From: Octopus vulgaris
Taxonomy: Eukaryota
NCBI GenBank assembly: GCA_951406725.2
Contig: OX597829.1
Coordinates: forward strand, 51,646,001 to 51,710,000
DNA: 64,000 nt
Direction of reading: 5' to 3'
Below, piece by piece: positions 1-12,921 of this stretch. Position numbers and translations under genes: made by a program. Every line of letters starts with the position of its first letter. Positions within the stretch are counted from its first letter, which is position 1. The notes under the pieces are model-generated. The model searched no databases, was not told where the DNA came from, and saw only the letters and a program-made list of their open reading frames with translations.

Positions 1-929
1 TTTAAACACACGCGAAGATAACTTGGTTCTATTTTGTTTATTTCCTATTTACTATTTAAACATCTTACTTATTCTCATCCAAAATATTTTCCAATCGATT
101 TTTAGAATTCAAAATTAACATTTATTACAATTCGTGTGTACCTTGCCATGCTTTCGGCCCTGAATTCTTCGTGGGATCGTACGTTTAAAATCATGGTATA
201 TAGAATTTCATAAGCATTTTAAAACCAGGCAGAACCCATCCCTCTTCAGGTCTGACCACAGCTAATTTCTTCCTGGAAGTAAGTGACAGAGGAATTGACT
301 CCAGTACTAGATGGGATTTTTAATTATCAAGTTTCAACAAAAGATGAAGTTTACCTTGGTGGGGTTTGAAACCAGAGTGCAGACAATTGAACGAATTCTG
401 CAAAGCATTTTACCTTATGCTTTGATATATAGAGAAAGGGTTGTGGAGCTATGTTACAGTAATAGCTCCATCTCACCCTACTCTTGGAAGGCATGGAATT
501 GTGAAACCATTTGAGTTAATGTAAATAAATCTTCTTAATGAGTCCAAGTGCATTCTCAACTTCATCTCTTTATACTTCTGGTTCATATGAAAAGAACTTA
601 CTTTCATATTTTCTAGCTCATATGAAAAGAACTTTTCTTGTAAGGTCTACTGCTTCCATAAGTTTTGCTTTCAACAAACATTGTGGGAACTGAATTTCGA
701 TGAAGAATTAAATATTTACATTATAATGAGTATAACAAAATTATTAATATTCAGGCTACCACTGCATTCATCTAAGATGAAGGGTCTGTAGTTATCTAAC
801 ATTCAGGTTATTAATCCAGATAGCAAGTCTGTTATCTTACATTCAAGTTATTCAGCAAGATAACCACAGTCCCTGAATAAGATCTGGTAGTTTTCCTATG
901 AATAATTGTGCTATAGCCATTATATAGTA

Positions 930-1330
930 AATATATTTATGTAGGTGTCATGATGGCAGCTCAGTGACTTGATCAAATCTTGACAACCTGAGATGCCTAT
1001 GGGTTAAATGCAAAGCTGCATAGTAGAGACATGTGGTTCAGGAAAGCAGAAGAGCAGCAAAGATCAGAATGAAATTTATTGAACATGCTTTGTTTGAAGT
1101 ATAATATGAATGTGAAGGAACATCAAAATACACTGAGCTGAGAGAAAATCACACTTGTATGGGTGTGTGATGATATACAAATGAAGGGGAAGCCTGTATA
1201 AGGAAGTGCCAAGTGCTCGAAGTGAAGGGTTCCTGTAGAAGGAAACCCAGGAAAGCTTGAAATTTTGGCTGATCTTAGGATGCTGCACCACAGGAAGTAG
1301 ATGACAATAATAAACAGATGTGGAGAAGAC
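930..1330 (+). mobile_element. Decayed 3' part of an RTE-clade LINE ORF
   Basis: Frameshifted remnants of RTE C-terminal motifs (…ttgtatgggtgtgtgatg… ~ LRWYGHVMR; aaggaaacccaggaaagcttg ~ GRPRKTW). Similar to the copies at 22545-22840 and 39100-39820. Confidence 0.6.
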
Positions 1331-1460
1331 CTGACTACTTGTGCACGACTGGTGAAATGCACAGCACTTTAAAATGGTTGAGGGGGTTAGTAATAGGTGC
1401 ACGTATATATTCTTACATTCGGGCCTTTCCTTATTTTTTGTTCCATAATATATATATATT

Positions 1461-1600
1461 AGTACGAAAGCGCTAATATATGATGTATAAAAACATGTAA
1501 CACTAATAAATATCTGTAAATATAAAACTGTCCGAATTTCTGAGTACCGAATTTCTTCTGATATAAAATACCTGTACATCATCTCCAAACCTTCTAATAT
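1461..1600 (+). repeat. Single arm of the small repeat that forms the fold-back at 57508-57755
   Basis: GAAAGCGCTA…tgatgtataaaaa…ctgagtacc…atacctgtacatcatctccaaacctt is homologous to 57478-57755. Confidence 0.75.
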
Positions 1601-1937
1601 ATTAGTATAATATATTTTCTAAGTCACCATCAGTTTCTTCTCTTACCTGTTTGATACCTTCCCATTTCTGTATTGTTCCTCTCCTATTCACTGTACTTTG
1701 CTACCCAAAACTCATCATTGTCACCAACCTTTCTTCAGTTACCCATCTCTCTCATTCATTCTCTCTCTCTCTCTCTCACACTCTCTTCAGCAAACATGTA
1801 GATGTCACTTTTATTTCTCTTTCATTATGATGTCTAAGTAGCAATTTACATCTGATGCATGTCACCAGTTACCTTTCTGTGTTACCTACCATCTCTCTCT
1901 CTCTCTATCTATCTATCTGTCTATTTACACACACACA

Positions 1938-2456
1938 CAGAGGTTGAATAAAATAATGGAAACACCACTTTATATTTAACCATATTTTTTTCTATTGGCA
2001 ATTCTAAGTATATATGTGTTCAAGACCTATCTGATTTCCAAAGGGGACAAATTGTTGGAGTATGCATGGCTGGAGATTCAGTCACTAAAATTGCTGAATT
2101 ATTCAATGTCTCAAGAGAAACGGTCTCTAAAATCATACTGGTATTCCAAAAGCAAGGCTAAAACCAACTCTTGTAAGCATAATTCTTGACAGAAGGTAAA
2201 GCTCACAAAGAAGGGCTTTAGAACAGTGAAACTTATTGTATCTAAAAAGTATTGACTTATGACTGTAAAAATAACAGCAGATCTAAAGCACAACTTTGTC
2301 GACTTTGTGCCAACCAAAAGCAATCATTGTGTGCTTAATAATGGCAGACACCATGGGTGAGCTGCATTTGGAGAATCTTTCCTGCCCTCCATCAACACAG
2401 ATAAGTGGTAAAAATGGTGTCTTGATCATTGGAACAGTGTCGACTCTGATGAATTA
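1938..2456 (+). mobile_element. 5' part of a decayed Tc1-like transposon
   Basis: TIR-like start cagaggttgaataaaataatggaaacacc. Frameshifted translation DLSDFQK…QIVG…VTKIAELFNVSRETVSKI is a Tc1 paired-like HTH. It breaks at tctgatgaa (the SDE of the WSDES motif). Confidence 0.75.
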
Positions 2457-4066
2457 CACTGGACAACAAAGACTTTGCTACTGGGGTAAAAACAGGTTGC
2501 ATCATGGAGATGCAGCACGGATTTTTTGTTACTGTTGTAAAAACAGGTGTTTTAGACTAAACCAAGGATGCTGATTCCGAATCTGCACTCAGAATTGTTC
2601 TGGCACATCAGGGGTTCAAGTTATGCACATGCACAAGATTATAACTATACTTTCAGCTAGATATAGGCTGTATTATAAAATTTGCTAAAATGAAAGCGGT
2701 CTTAATTTGAAATTAAAGAAATAAAGCAATAAAGCAAACAATAAGAAAGTTCAGTTTAGCAATAGATGGCGCTGATGTATTGTGTACAATGCCAAATACG
2801 TCAGTTTGTTCTTGGTAACTTTCAGTGTCGTTTGCACTGCCGTCAGGTGTGGTATGTGTATCTCTCACTCTGCGTGATTACTGTTTTAACTGTGTCCAGT
2901 GTTAGATCAGGAATAGGAATCACCCAGCCAACTTTTTGTTATGTCTGTGGAAAATTTGCTCTGCGTGACCAGCAGAGGAACATTGCCTATAAATATTATT
3001 TCGGGTGTTGGGGATCAAGACAAAAAGTGGACACCTCATATATGCTGCACCGTGTGTTACTCAGGGCTTACACAGTGGCTGAATAGAAAACAGAAGGGTA
3101 TGTCTTTTGCTGTACCAATGGTATGGTGTGAGCCAACCAATCATATCTCTAATTGTTACTTTTGCATGACTAATATTAGTGGTTTCTCAAAGAAGACCAA
3201 AGCAAAAATTGTGTATGCTGATTGTAAGTCGGCCCTAAAACTGGTCCCAAGTGACTTCAAGAACCCTGTCCCAGTTCCCATCTCACATGATTCACTGGAA
3301 GACCTTGACACGTCGCACAATGAACCCCTAAATCTCCTATCAATGAAGAGTATGTAGGTGATTCTAAAAAAAAATGAGCCAGGCTAGTTTAACCCATTAG
3401 TGTTTAAACCGGCCATATCTGGCCAAAATATTCTACCTATTTTATGTTCAAACTAGTCAGATATGGTCATTCATAGCTACCTTATAGTGTCATTTTAAAA
3501 ATAAACAATCACATCATTGAAATCTCAAAGCCATGAAATGATGCAAGATTAATTTTACATGGTGTGAATACATAAGCTTTACATTTGACAGAATAATCTG
3601 AACGCTAAAGGGTTAATCAAGAGGATTTGAATGATTTAGTAAGAGACCTAGTATTGTCAAAGGAGAAGGCAGAAGTTTGGGGATCCAAACTACAACAACG
3701 GAATCTCCAACAGCAAGGTACGAAAATTTCCATTTTCTGTTCTCACCATAAAAGCTTAGTTGTGTTTTTCAAGTAAGAAAATAATGCTTGCTTTTGTACT
3801 GATGTTAATGCACTCATGCAAAAACTAGGACACATGCATGTGGCTAACAGATGCAGATTGTTCATAGACTCAAGTAAGGTTAGCCTCAAAGCTGTGTTGT
3901 CACATAATGGTAATGAAAAACCTTCCATCCTTGTGGGTCATGTTGTTGGTATAGAAGAAAGTTAAGAATCGATGGAACTCTTTCTGAAAGGAGTCAATTA
4001 CTCAGTTCACAAGTGGAGTATTTGTGGTGATTTAAAGGTGATTTCCTTCTTCCTAGGTTTGCAGCT
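2457..4066 (+). mobile_element. Truncated Chapaev3-like (CMC superfamily) DNA transposon with pseudogenised transposase
   Basis: Starts CACTGGACAACAAA. Broken ORF contains FCYVCGKF…GDQDKKWTPHICC…FAVPMVWCEPTNHISNCYFC…FNQEDLNDLVRDL…RLFIDSSKVSLKAVLSHNGNEKPSILVGH…WSICGDLKVISFFLGLQL. I recall these motifs as Chapaev3-type. Multiple stops and frameshifts. Confidence 0.7.
3393..3612 (+). mobile_element. piggyBac-type MITE (about 220 bp)
   Basis: TTAA on both sides (3389-3392, 3613-3616). Termini CCCATTAGTGTT / AACGCTAAAGGG. Excising it rejoins the Chapaev frame (…F-NQEDLNDLVRDL). Confidence 0.9.
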
Positions 4067-4334
4067 CGACTAAAGGCGGTGCTCCAGCATGGCTGCAGTC
4101 AAATGACTGAAACAAGTAAAAGAATAAAAGAAAGAAAAGAAGGAATAGAATAAAAGCCACCTACCTTTCTCTCTCTCTTACCCCCTCTTCTCTCTTTAAA
4201 ATGGTACCTTGTTGCAGTGTAGAACACTGACTGCAGCACCTTGACGGAAGCAATTATAGACTCTGTAGTTATGATGCGTTACATTAGATTTAGCAAATCA
4301 AAGTGCACTACATGTTCACATATGACAGGAATGT

Positions 4335-4480
4335 GAGGACATGTGGCCAAATGGTTTGGCTGTCAAGCTTGCGATCATAAAACGAGGAGGCTCAATTCTC
4401 TGACCAGCTAAAACATTGTGTCCTTGAACAAAATACTTTAATTTTTTTTGTTGCTCCAGGCCTTATAGCTGAAAAATGAA
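4335..4480 (+). mobile_element. Degenerate tRNA-headed SINE
   Basis: A-box-like gtggccaaatggtt, B-box-like ggctcaattctc, then ttgtgtccttgaacaaaatactt. Confidence 0.5.
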
Positions 4481-4659
4481 ATTATCTACTGCAGAATGGC
4501 ATCTCACAGTCTATTAGCTCCTTAAAATTTTACAAATAGCTATTCGTAAAATCCCAAGAAGAGATCAGAGTAGTAATTATACTAACGAGTAAAGTCATTT
4601 GCCACAAGCTAATTTGCTTGTTGCAAATCAGTGTTGATAATGATATATAGTTCATGAGG

Positions 4660-5860
4660 AGGAACAATATATGTGAAGTTGTTGTGCAAGCCCTTGGCTG
4701 TGAGATAGATTATGGACGAAAAGAGGGGGCTGGCATGTTGAGTGGGGCCAGGTGAAAGTAGTTAACTACTTGTATAATTAGCTTATTTGGTGAAGCACCA
4801 GTCCTTGTAACTGCAACAGAAGAGTCAGACAATGAGGAAACAGCATAGCCACAAAGGGACACATAGAAGCAGTCACTTCTCAATACAGGTGGATATGGTG
4901 CAAAATTTCCCCTGTGTATGATGCCTGTTAATATATGGAGTGCGGAGGGGTGGGGGCACCGAGTGTACGTTTTACCTCCAGTTGCTGAGTACCTTTACAA
5001 CGCCACAACATGTCTAAGGAACAGAGGTTGCATTATGTTAGTGAGCAAGTCCTTGCCAAACATTGGAGTGGCTTTCATCAAGATCAGTGCTTTTCAAACT
5101 TTTTGCTGGAGCGGAATCCCAAGGAAACATTCTACTGGCTCGAGGAACCCCTGTGCAATAATTTAATAGTCTTATGCACACATATCTGCACAGGAGACTT
5201 AAAAATTACTGCTGATTTTAGCAGTTTTGTAACTTCTTGCGGAACCCCTGGACTGTACTGGCGGAACCCTAAGGTTCCGTGGAACCCTGGTTGAAAACTA
5301 CTGATCTAGATACAGCATAGGATATTTGCAATAATAGTGGTACTGTCCAGATGTTTGTGTGAGGGTCAGCAGTTTGGCCAGTGCCATATTTTATGACGAC
5401 CATGAAGTGTAAGGCTTTTCTTAGGGTGTACAAATTTTTGGCTATGTGGGGTCGCCAGGAAAGATCAGAGATGGTAAGGCCTATCATATGTACTGGCTAT
5501 GAAGGCTTTAGTTAGTTACATGTTGTCCAAGATAATGGCGTATGAGGTACGAGATTGCCTCCTTGATATGACAAGTGACGGGAGTTTATTATTTACTGTT
5601 GAAAGAGATAAAGTTATTATGCTTACACTTGTGAATGTTTTTGATGCAGGCTTGACATGTAATGTCTAGGCAGCATGCGGATGACGCCTTTGTATTTGGG
5701 AGGTCAAGGGAAGGTGAAGAGTGACGTTGTCTGTATTTGGGGTGACTACTGCATGAGTTGACAGCAAGCAGGTAAGAAGAAGAGGGTGGTGTAAAAAAAA
5801 ATTTGATAAACATAACTGAGAGTTGAAATATTGAAATATGTTTGCACTGTCAGCCTATTT
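4660..5860 (-). mobile_element. Decayed CR1/L2-like LINE 3' region, interrupted by a hAT MITE
   Basis: Minus-strand remnants GLTISDLSWRPHI (~LGLTISSDLSW.PHI), plus a W..LP-like C-terminal motif near 5050. Confidence 0.55.
5085..5303 (+). mobile_element. hAT (Charlie-like) MITE
   Basis: TIRs CAGTGCTTTTCAA / TTGAAAACTACTG. 8-bp TSD atcaagat/atctagat. Second copy at 17520-17720. Confidence 0.9.
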
Positions 5861-6084
5861 GACCTGTCTCCCTCTTTGTTCTGAACCAGATGATACATAA
5901 ACATACATTTAAAATACCCACATTGAAATTAAAACTGCCAATGATAATTTCATATAAAAAAAAAAAATTGTTAAATTGTGTTTCAAATAACAGCTTAATA
6001 ATGGCTTTAAATTTTAGCACAAAGGCAGTTAAGTTCAGCAGGTTGGGGTAAGTCCAGTGCTCAGATGGTATACTTTTATTCTTT

Positions 6085-6245
6085 TATTCTTTTACTTATT
6101 ACAGTCATTTAACTGCAGCCATCTTATTCTTTGTAAGCCTAGTACTTATTCTATCGGTCTCTTTTGCCAAACCGCTAAGTTACAGGGACGTAAATGCACC
6201 AGCATTGGTTGTCAAGTGATGTTGGTGGGGACAAACACAGATACA

Positions 6246-6287
<42 letters not shown>

Positions 6288-6450
6288 CATACAACAGGCT
6301 TCTTTCAGTTTCCATCAACCAAATCAACTCACAAGGCTTTGGTTGGCCTAAGGCTACAGTAGACGACTGTTGCCCAAAGTGCCACGCAGTGGGACTGAAC
6401 CTGGACCCATGTGGTTGGTAAGCAAGCTACTTACCACACAGCCACTCCTG
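6085..6450 (-). mobile_element. tRNA/CORE-type SINE (octopus OR2-like family), nested in a Meta-like SINE (5960-6590)
   Basis: Reverse complement has A box TGGCTGTGTGG, B box GGTCCAGGTTCAGTCCC, CORE-like ggcactttgggcaacag, a central (CA)n tract and the family tail. Confidence 0.85.
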
Positions 6451-6588
6451 GTACTTCGTTTATCAACCCCCAAAAGGATGAAAATCAAAGTTAACCTTGG
6501 TGGAATTTGAACAACAGAGCGTAGCCAGATTAAATACTGCTAAGCATTTTGCCTGGTGGTCAAATGATTTTGCCAGGTTGCTGCCTTG

Positions 6589-6812
6589 GCCCATTAGCAT
6601 TAAATCCAGCCATATACAGCCTAAATATTCTACCTGTTTTATTTTAAAACTGACCAGATCCAACTTCTCACACCTACCCTACAATGTCATTCTAAAAATA
6701 TACAAACACACTACTAAAATCTCAACACTATTAGATAATGTGTGATTAATTCAAAAGCAATGTGAATAAATAAGCAATACATTTAACAATGCAATCTGAA
6801 CCCTAAAGCGTG
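6589..6812 (+). mobile_element. Degenerate copy of the piggyBac-type MITE
   Basis: Homologous along its length to 3393-3612, with decayed termini. Confidence 0.7.
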
Positions 6813-6959
6813 AAATGACAACTTAAAACTAACTTAGTTATTTCCTTTAGTAAATCCTTTCAAATTCTGAATTATTCTCAAATTTTATTTGAAAACATAG
6901 GCAGTATAGTTCCATGTAAGCGAAAATACAGTAATGAGAAAAACTACAAAAAACATATT

Positions 6960-7165
6960 CTTTTCTACTCTAGGCATAATTTTTGGGGAGGGAGCCAGTC
7001 GATTAGATCGACCCCAGTACACAACTGATACTTAATTTATTGACCTTGAAAGGATGAAAGGCAAAGTCGACCTCAGCAGAATTTGAACTCAGAATGTAAA
7101 CACAGATGAAATGCTGCAAAGCATTTCACTCAGGATGCTAATGTTTCTGCCAGTTCGCTGCCTTA
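6960..7165 (-). mobile_element. Meta-domain-like tRNA SINE
   Basis: Contains gaaaggatgaaaggcaaagtcgacctc…atttgaactcagaa, the reverse of gcctttcatcctttc…gtcgataaattaagtacc. Confidence 0.75.
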
Positions 7166-7194
7166 CTACAAAAAACATATTGTAATACAACTGT

Positions 7195-8060
7195 CATCAT
7201 CATCATCATCATTGTTTAACATCTGCTTTCCATGCTGGCAAGGGTTGGACGGTTTGACTAAGGACTGGCAAGCCAGGAGGCTGTACTAGGCTCCAATCTG
7301 ATCTTTTTTTTTTTTTTAATTGTTTCAGTCATTTGACTGCGGCCATGCTGGAGCACCGCCTTTAGTCGAGCAAATCGACCCCGGGACTTATTCTTTGTAA
7401 GCCCAGTACTTATTCTATCGGCCTCTTTTTGCCGAACTGCTAAGTGACGGGGACGTAAACACACCGGCATTGGTTGTCAAGCAATGCTAGGGGGACAAAC
7501 ACAGACACACAAACACACACACACACACATATATATATTAATAAATGAAATAAAACATATGCATATATATAAACATATATGTACGTACCTACCTCTACAT
7601 GTACATATACACGCATATATGAGTACAAGACACCAAAGGGACGTCGAACACAATGAGAAACGAAAACATAGACACAAACCAAAGGAACTGGACATTTTTC
7701 TTAAACAACAAAAAAAATAGAGTACAGGACAATTAACACAAAGAAAAAACCTCTTCTTCAGTCGTATACATACATATATACGACAGGCTTCTTTCAGTTT
7801 CCGTCTACCAAATCCACTCACAAAGCATTGGTCGGCCCGGGGCTATAGCAGAAGACACTTGCCCAAGATGCCGCGCAGTGGGACTGAACCCGGAACCATG
7901 TGGTTGGTTAGCAAGCTACTTACCACACAGCCACTCCTGTGCCGATCTGGCAGTGTTTCTACAGCTGGATGCCCTTACTAACGCCAACCACTCTGAGAGT
8001 GTAGTGGGTGCTTTTTATGTGCCACCAGCACACGGGGCCAGTCAGGTAGCACTGGCATCA
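7195..8060 (-). mobile_element. Triple nest: RTE-tail element (7195-7304 plus 7944-8060) containing an OR2-like SINE (7320-7942), which contains another repeat (7530-7765)
   Basis: The outer element resumes at gatctggcagtg, with gatct on both sides of the SINE. The SINE halves flank an unrelated insert of about 235 bp. Confidence 0.8.
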
Positions 8061-8189
8061 CCCACAACTACAATTGGGTTATGATAAACTAGTCTTTGTT
8101 GATTTGTTAATAAAAAGGATACTAAAATAATCAAGATACTAATGAACATATATGATACTATTGATAGATTATTTTTTATAATAATGTTT

Positions 8190-8534
8190 TTGGATTCAAT
8201 CCCACTGCATGGCACCTTGAGCAAGTGTCTTCTGCAACAACTCTGAGCTGACTAAAACCTTGTGTGTGTGGATTTTGGAATATGTTTGTGTCCTGTTGCC
8301 TTCTTGACATCACATGATAACTATAGACGAGGATCGCTGTCATACGAGTTGTGTTGTTCATTTCCAATTTCAGTGTGTAAACATGTTTTAACCATGGATG
8401 GGGAAATATTACTTTTCTTCAAAACAAGAGACGGTTGGTTGGTGGAAGGGCATTCATATAGAGAAAATCTGCCTCAGCGAATTCCGTCTGACCCATGCAA
8501 GCACGGAAAAGTGGTCTATAAAGTGATGAATACA

Positions 8535-8540
<6 letters not shown>
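8190..8540 (+). mobile_element. Hybrid SINE: tRNA/CORE head with RTE-like tail ending in (ATG)n
   Basis: ggattcaatcccactgcatggcaccttgagcaagtgtc…ggaagggcattc…ccatgcaagcacggaaaagtgg. Related copy at 63410-63790. Confidence 0.65.
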
Positions 8541-8617
<77 letters not shown>

Positions 8618-8712
8618 GGTGGTGGTAGAGTGTATGGCAGTGGCAGCAGTGCCTGAAGAAGCAATGGCAGCAGCGGCAGTGGTGGTGGATGGGTGGTGGT
8701 GGTGGTGGTGAT
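8537..8712. repeat. (ATG)n/(GTG)n compound microsatellite
   Basis: Directly visible. It grows from the SINE tail. Confidence 0.97.
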
Positions 8713-9069
8713 GTGACACCTTCACTGCATATTTAATTTTGGTCGGGTTTCTTTGAAATTTACCAATTTTTTTTTTACAGAAACTTTACTCAAAGTACGT
8801 TTTCCCCTAAAAAAATAAATAAAATAAAATAAAGACTCTAAATATTTGATTCCAGTTGAGAAAATTAGCAGATTTACAAATATGTTAAGAGTGACATTTA
8901 ATAAAAGAAATATAAATTAAGAACAATAACCACAAGCATGGTTGTGGAGTGAAGAAGATTGCTTCTAAACCAAGTAGGTACAGTGCAATGGGTATGTCTT
9001 CAACAATAGTTCTATGCCTACCAATGCTTTGTGAGTGAATTTACTAGATGGAAACTGTGCAAAAGCATT

Positions 9070-9914
9070 GAGCTGGCAGAAACGTTAGCACACCGAGCGA
9101 AATGCGTAGCCGTATTTTGTCTGCCATTACGTTCTGAGTTCAAATTCTGCCGAGGTTGACTTTGCCTTTCATCCTTTCGGGGTCGATAAATTAAGTACCA
9201 GTTACGCACTGGGGTCGATGTAATCGACTTAATCCGTTTGTCTGTCCTTGTTTGTCCTCTCTGTGTTTAGCCCCTTGTGGGTAGTAAAGAAATAGGTATT
9301 TTGTCAGCCGTTACGTTCTGTGTTCAAATTCTGCAGAGGTCAACTTTACCTTTCATCCTTTCGGGGTCAATAAATTAAGTACCAGTTACACATTGGGGTC
9401 GATGTAATCGACTTAACACTTTTGTCTGTTCTTGTTTGTCCCTTCTATGTTTAACCCCCGTGGGCAATAAAGAAATTAATATTATTACTGGTAAAAGTGC
9501 AGCGATCTGGCAGAATTGTTAGTACGCCGGGCGAAATGCTTAGTGGTATTTCGTCTGCCACTACGTTCTGGGTTCAAATTCCGCCAATGTTGACTTTGCC
9601 TTTCATCCTTTCAGGGTCAATTAAATAAGTACCAGTTATGCACTGGGGTCAATATAATCGACTTAATCCATTTGTCTGTCCTTGTTTGTCCTCTCTGTGT
9701 TTAGCCCCTTTTGGGCAGTAAAGAAATAGGTATTTTGTCAGCTGTTACGTTCTGTGTTCAAATCCTGCAGAGGTCAACTTTGCCTTTCATCCTTTTGGGG
9801 TCGATTAAAAAAGTACCAGTTACACACTGGGGTCGATGTAATCAACTTAATCCCTTTGTCTGTCCTTGTTTGTCCCTTCTATGTTTAGCCTCGTGTGGGC
9901 AATAAAGAAATAGG
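9070..9914 (+). mobile_element. Tandem array of four Meta-like SINE units inside an OR2-like SINE
   Basis: Four repeats of ttacgttctg…gactttgcctttcatcctttcggggtc…taaagaaatagg, arranged full/headless/full/headless. Host SINE halves lie at 8930-9065 and from 9915 onward. Confidence 0.85.
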
Positions 9915-10218
9915 AAACTTTGCAAAAGCCTGTCATGTGTATGCGTTTGCATATGGAAGTATACATGTATGTATGTATGTATGTATGTATGCTCATGTCT
10001 GTGTATGCATCTTTACAATTGTGTTTGTCTCCTCTAACACTATTTGATAAGCAATATTCATTTGTTTACATTCTCCTAACTTAACAGTTCAACAAACAAA
10101 AGCTAAATGGATAGAATAAAACCAGGTTTTAAAATATGTAATTATACTGAGGGTCGATTTGATAATCTAAAGCCTTCAAGGCATTGCTCCAGCACAATCA
10201 CAGTTCTATGACTGGAAC

Positions 10219-10884
10219 CAGAGGCATCGCCAGGTTTTAGTGGTAGCATATGTAAGAAGGTGCTGTAACAGATACCAAAGCACAGAATTTTCTCAGTGAA
10301 CAGGTCGCGGTCTCAAAGTGACAAAAATATTTTGACAAATTGAATTTAAAATTTAAATGCTGAAGTGAAATTAACGGTTTTTGTGTGTTTTTAAATTGCT
10401 TATAAGCACCTTCCACGCTGCTATGGTTTTTGTTTCAGCACACGATCTCAGATTAGGACACTTCCTATGCAAGTACATCTCCATAATCTTTAACTCGTTT
10501 TTCTTATATAATATAAAATATTTCATGAGTTATAATAAGCGATTTTTATTCTACCAGGGGCAGACTGAGCTGTCAGTCAATTGGGCTCTACCTGAGGGCC
10601 CGGAGCTCTGAGGGGCCCACATTCTACAGGTTAACTGTATTAATATCAATGCTAAGGGGCTTGGTAAACAGTTACGCCAGGGGTCCCTTAATACTCTCAG
10701 TCCACCTCTGTATTCTACATTCATTAGTTTCATATTTCGGTAACAATGTCATTATGTACGAAACTTATAATGACTGATATAGCTAAATGAAGATTTTAAA
10801 ATATTGTTGAGGCGGCGCCAGTTTTGAAAATGTACTCAGAGTGTAGCAGTCGCTCCCTTTGCTCCCCTATTAGCTACACTACTG
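10219..10884 (+). mobile_element. hAT-type non-autonomous element inserted in a SINE tail
   Basis: Perfect 8-bp TSD actggaac (10211-10218, 10885-10892). Imperfect CAG…CTG termini. The SINE tail resumes after it. Confidence 0.8.
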
Positions 10885-11016
10885 ACTGGAACCAGCAAAA
10901 GTGTAAATGAGTGAAAAGACATGTAAAATCCATGTTGGAGAAATTCAGTTGTTTTTAAAAAAAAAGAAATCTTATTTTCTTCAAAACTCTTCCTCTGCAA
11001 ACACAATAATATAAAC

Positions 11017-11253
<237 letters not shown>

Positions 11254-11367
11254 AGATCGGAGAAGAATGAGAGAGAAAGTTGATCCACAGAAGACCTGGC
11301 TAAGACTAGACTAGATGTTATTAAAGAAGCAATAATCATCGCAGATATACACTATGTGTCTGTATAC

Positions 11368-11750
11368 CTATTTCTTTACTACCCACAAGGGGCTAAACAC
11401 AGAGAGAACAAACAAGGACAGACATACAGATTAAGTCGATTATATCAACACCAGTGCGTAACTGGTACTTAATTTATTGACCCTGAAAGGATGAAAGGCA
11501 AAGTTGACCTCGGCGGAATTTGAACTCAGAACGTAACGGCAGACGAAATACGGCTACATCATTTAATCCAAGACATGATTAAGTCGATTATATTGACCCC
11601 AGTGCATAACTGGTACTTAATTTATCGACCCCGAAAAGATGAAAGGCAAAGTCGACCTCGGTGGAATTTGAACTCAGAACGTAACAGCAGACGAAATACG
11701 GCTACACATTTTGCCCGGCGTGCTAACGTTTCTGCCAGCTCTGCCACCTT
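11368..11750 (-). mobile_element. Tandem pair of Meta-like SINE units
   Basis: Reverse complement of the 9070-9914 units. Confidence 0.85.
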
Positions 11751-12081
11751 ATATGTGTCTATATACCATTGCTGTGTACGGTAGATTGGTAATCTATTGA
11801 AACTGTTTTTGGTATATCACTGAAGGTTTTCAACATCATTTAATCCAAGACATGTTAGCTTGGTTGCTGCCATCGTTTTTCAAAGCAAAAATCCATGGAA
11901 ATATTTGAATCATCATCACAAACTAATGAATCATTTGTAAAACTTTATGCTACCAGGTTCTTGCAGCAGTATACTGTGCTCCACACTGCAAGAATCTTAT
12001 TACTGCCAAGTTGACTCAGCATAAAGAAATCTTGAAGATAATCATAATATATAAACAACACTGTTTCAGCCAATAAACTTG

Positions 12082-12278
12082 ACTCTTAAGCATTTAAACT
12101 GGCCGTGTCTTGCCCAGTTATTATATCTGTCTTGTGTTGAAATTTGCCAGATTCAGCCTCTCACACCTACCATACAATGTCATTCTGAAAATACATCATT
12201 GAACTCCTAAATCTATGAGGTAATGTATAATTAATTCAAAACAATGTGAATAAATAAGATGATTTACTGAAGGGTTAA
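12082..12278 (+). mobile_element. Degenerate piggyBac-type MITE
   Basis: Homologous to 3393-3612 and ends gaagggttaa. Confidence 0.75.
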
Positions 12279-12382
12279 AGCAAATCGTTCAGATGTTACT
12301 GTTAAACTTTTGAAGACGGAGCCTCATTTGAAGTTTCAATGCCAAGAAGACGGAACCCTTTGCACAAGCCCTACAGAGGACT

Positions 12383-12785
12383 CTTTTACTCTTTTACTTG
12401 TTTCAGTCATTTGACTGCAGCCATGCTGGAGCACCGCCTTTAGTCGAGCTAATTGACCCCGGGACTTATTCTTTGGAAGCCTAGTACTTATTCTATCGGT
12501 CTCTCTATTGCTGTACCACTAAGTTACGGGGACATAAACACACCAGCATCGGTTGTCAAGTGATGGGGGGGGGGGGGGGGGTCAAACACAGACACACAAA
12601 TACACACACATATATACATATACATATATATGATGGGCTTCTTTCAGCTTCCATCAACCAAATCCACTCACAAGGCTTTGGTCGGTCCGAGGCTATAGTA
12701 GAAGACACTTGCCCAAAGTACCACGCTGTGGGACTGAACCCAGAACCATGTGGTTGGTAAGCAAGCTACTTACCACACAGCCATG
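12383..12785 (-). mobile_element. OR2-like tRNA/CORE SINE, near full length
   Basis: Same organisation as 6085-6450. Confidence 0.88.
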
Positions 12786-12921
12786 CACTTATTTTTCAAA
12801 AAAAATTTATAAGAAATAAAGTAATAACTTTACATGTATAAAACTTTTTATATTCTTATTGGAAATTGAATGAACTAACACATTAGGAGTAAAGACCACC
12901 AAGAAAGAAATATCATGTAAT

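Noticed and set aside
2941-3357. 138-aa Cys-rich ORF as a host zinc-finger gene
   Set aside because: It is part of a frameshifted transposase pseudogene that is interrupted by a MITE.
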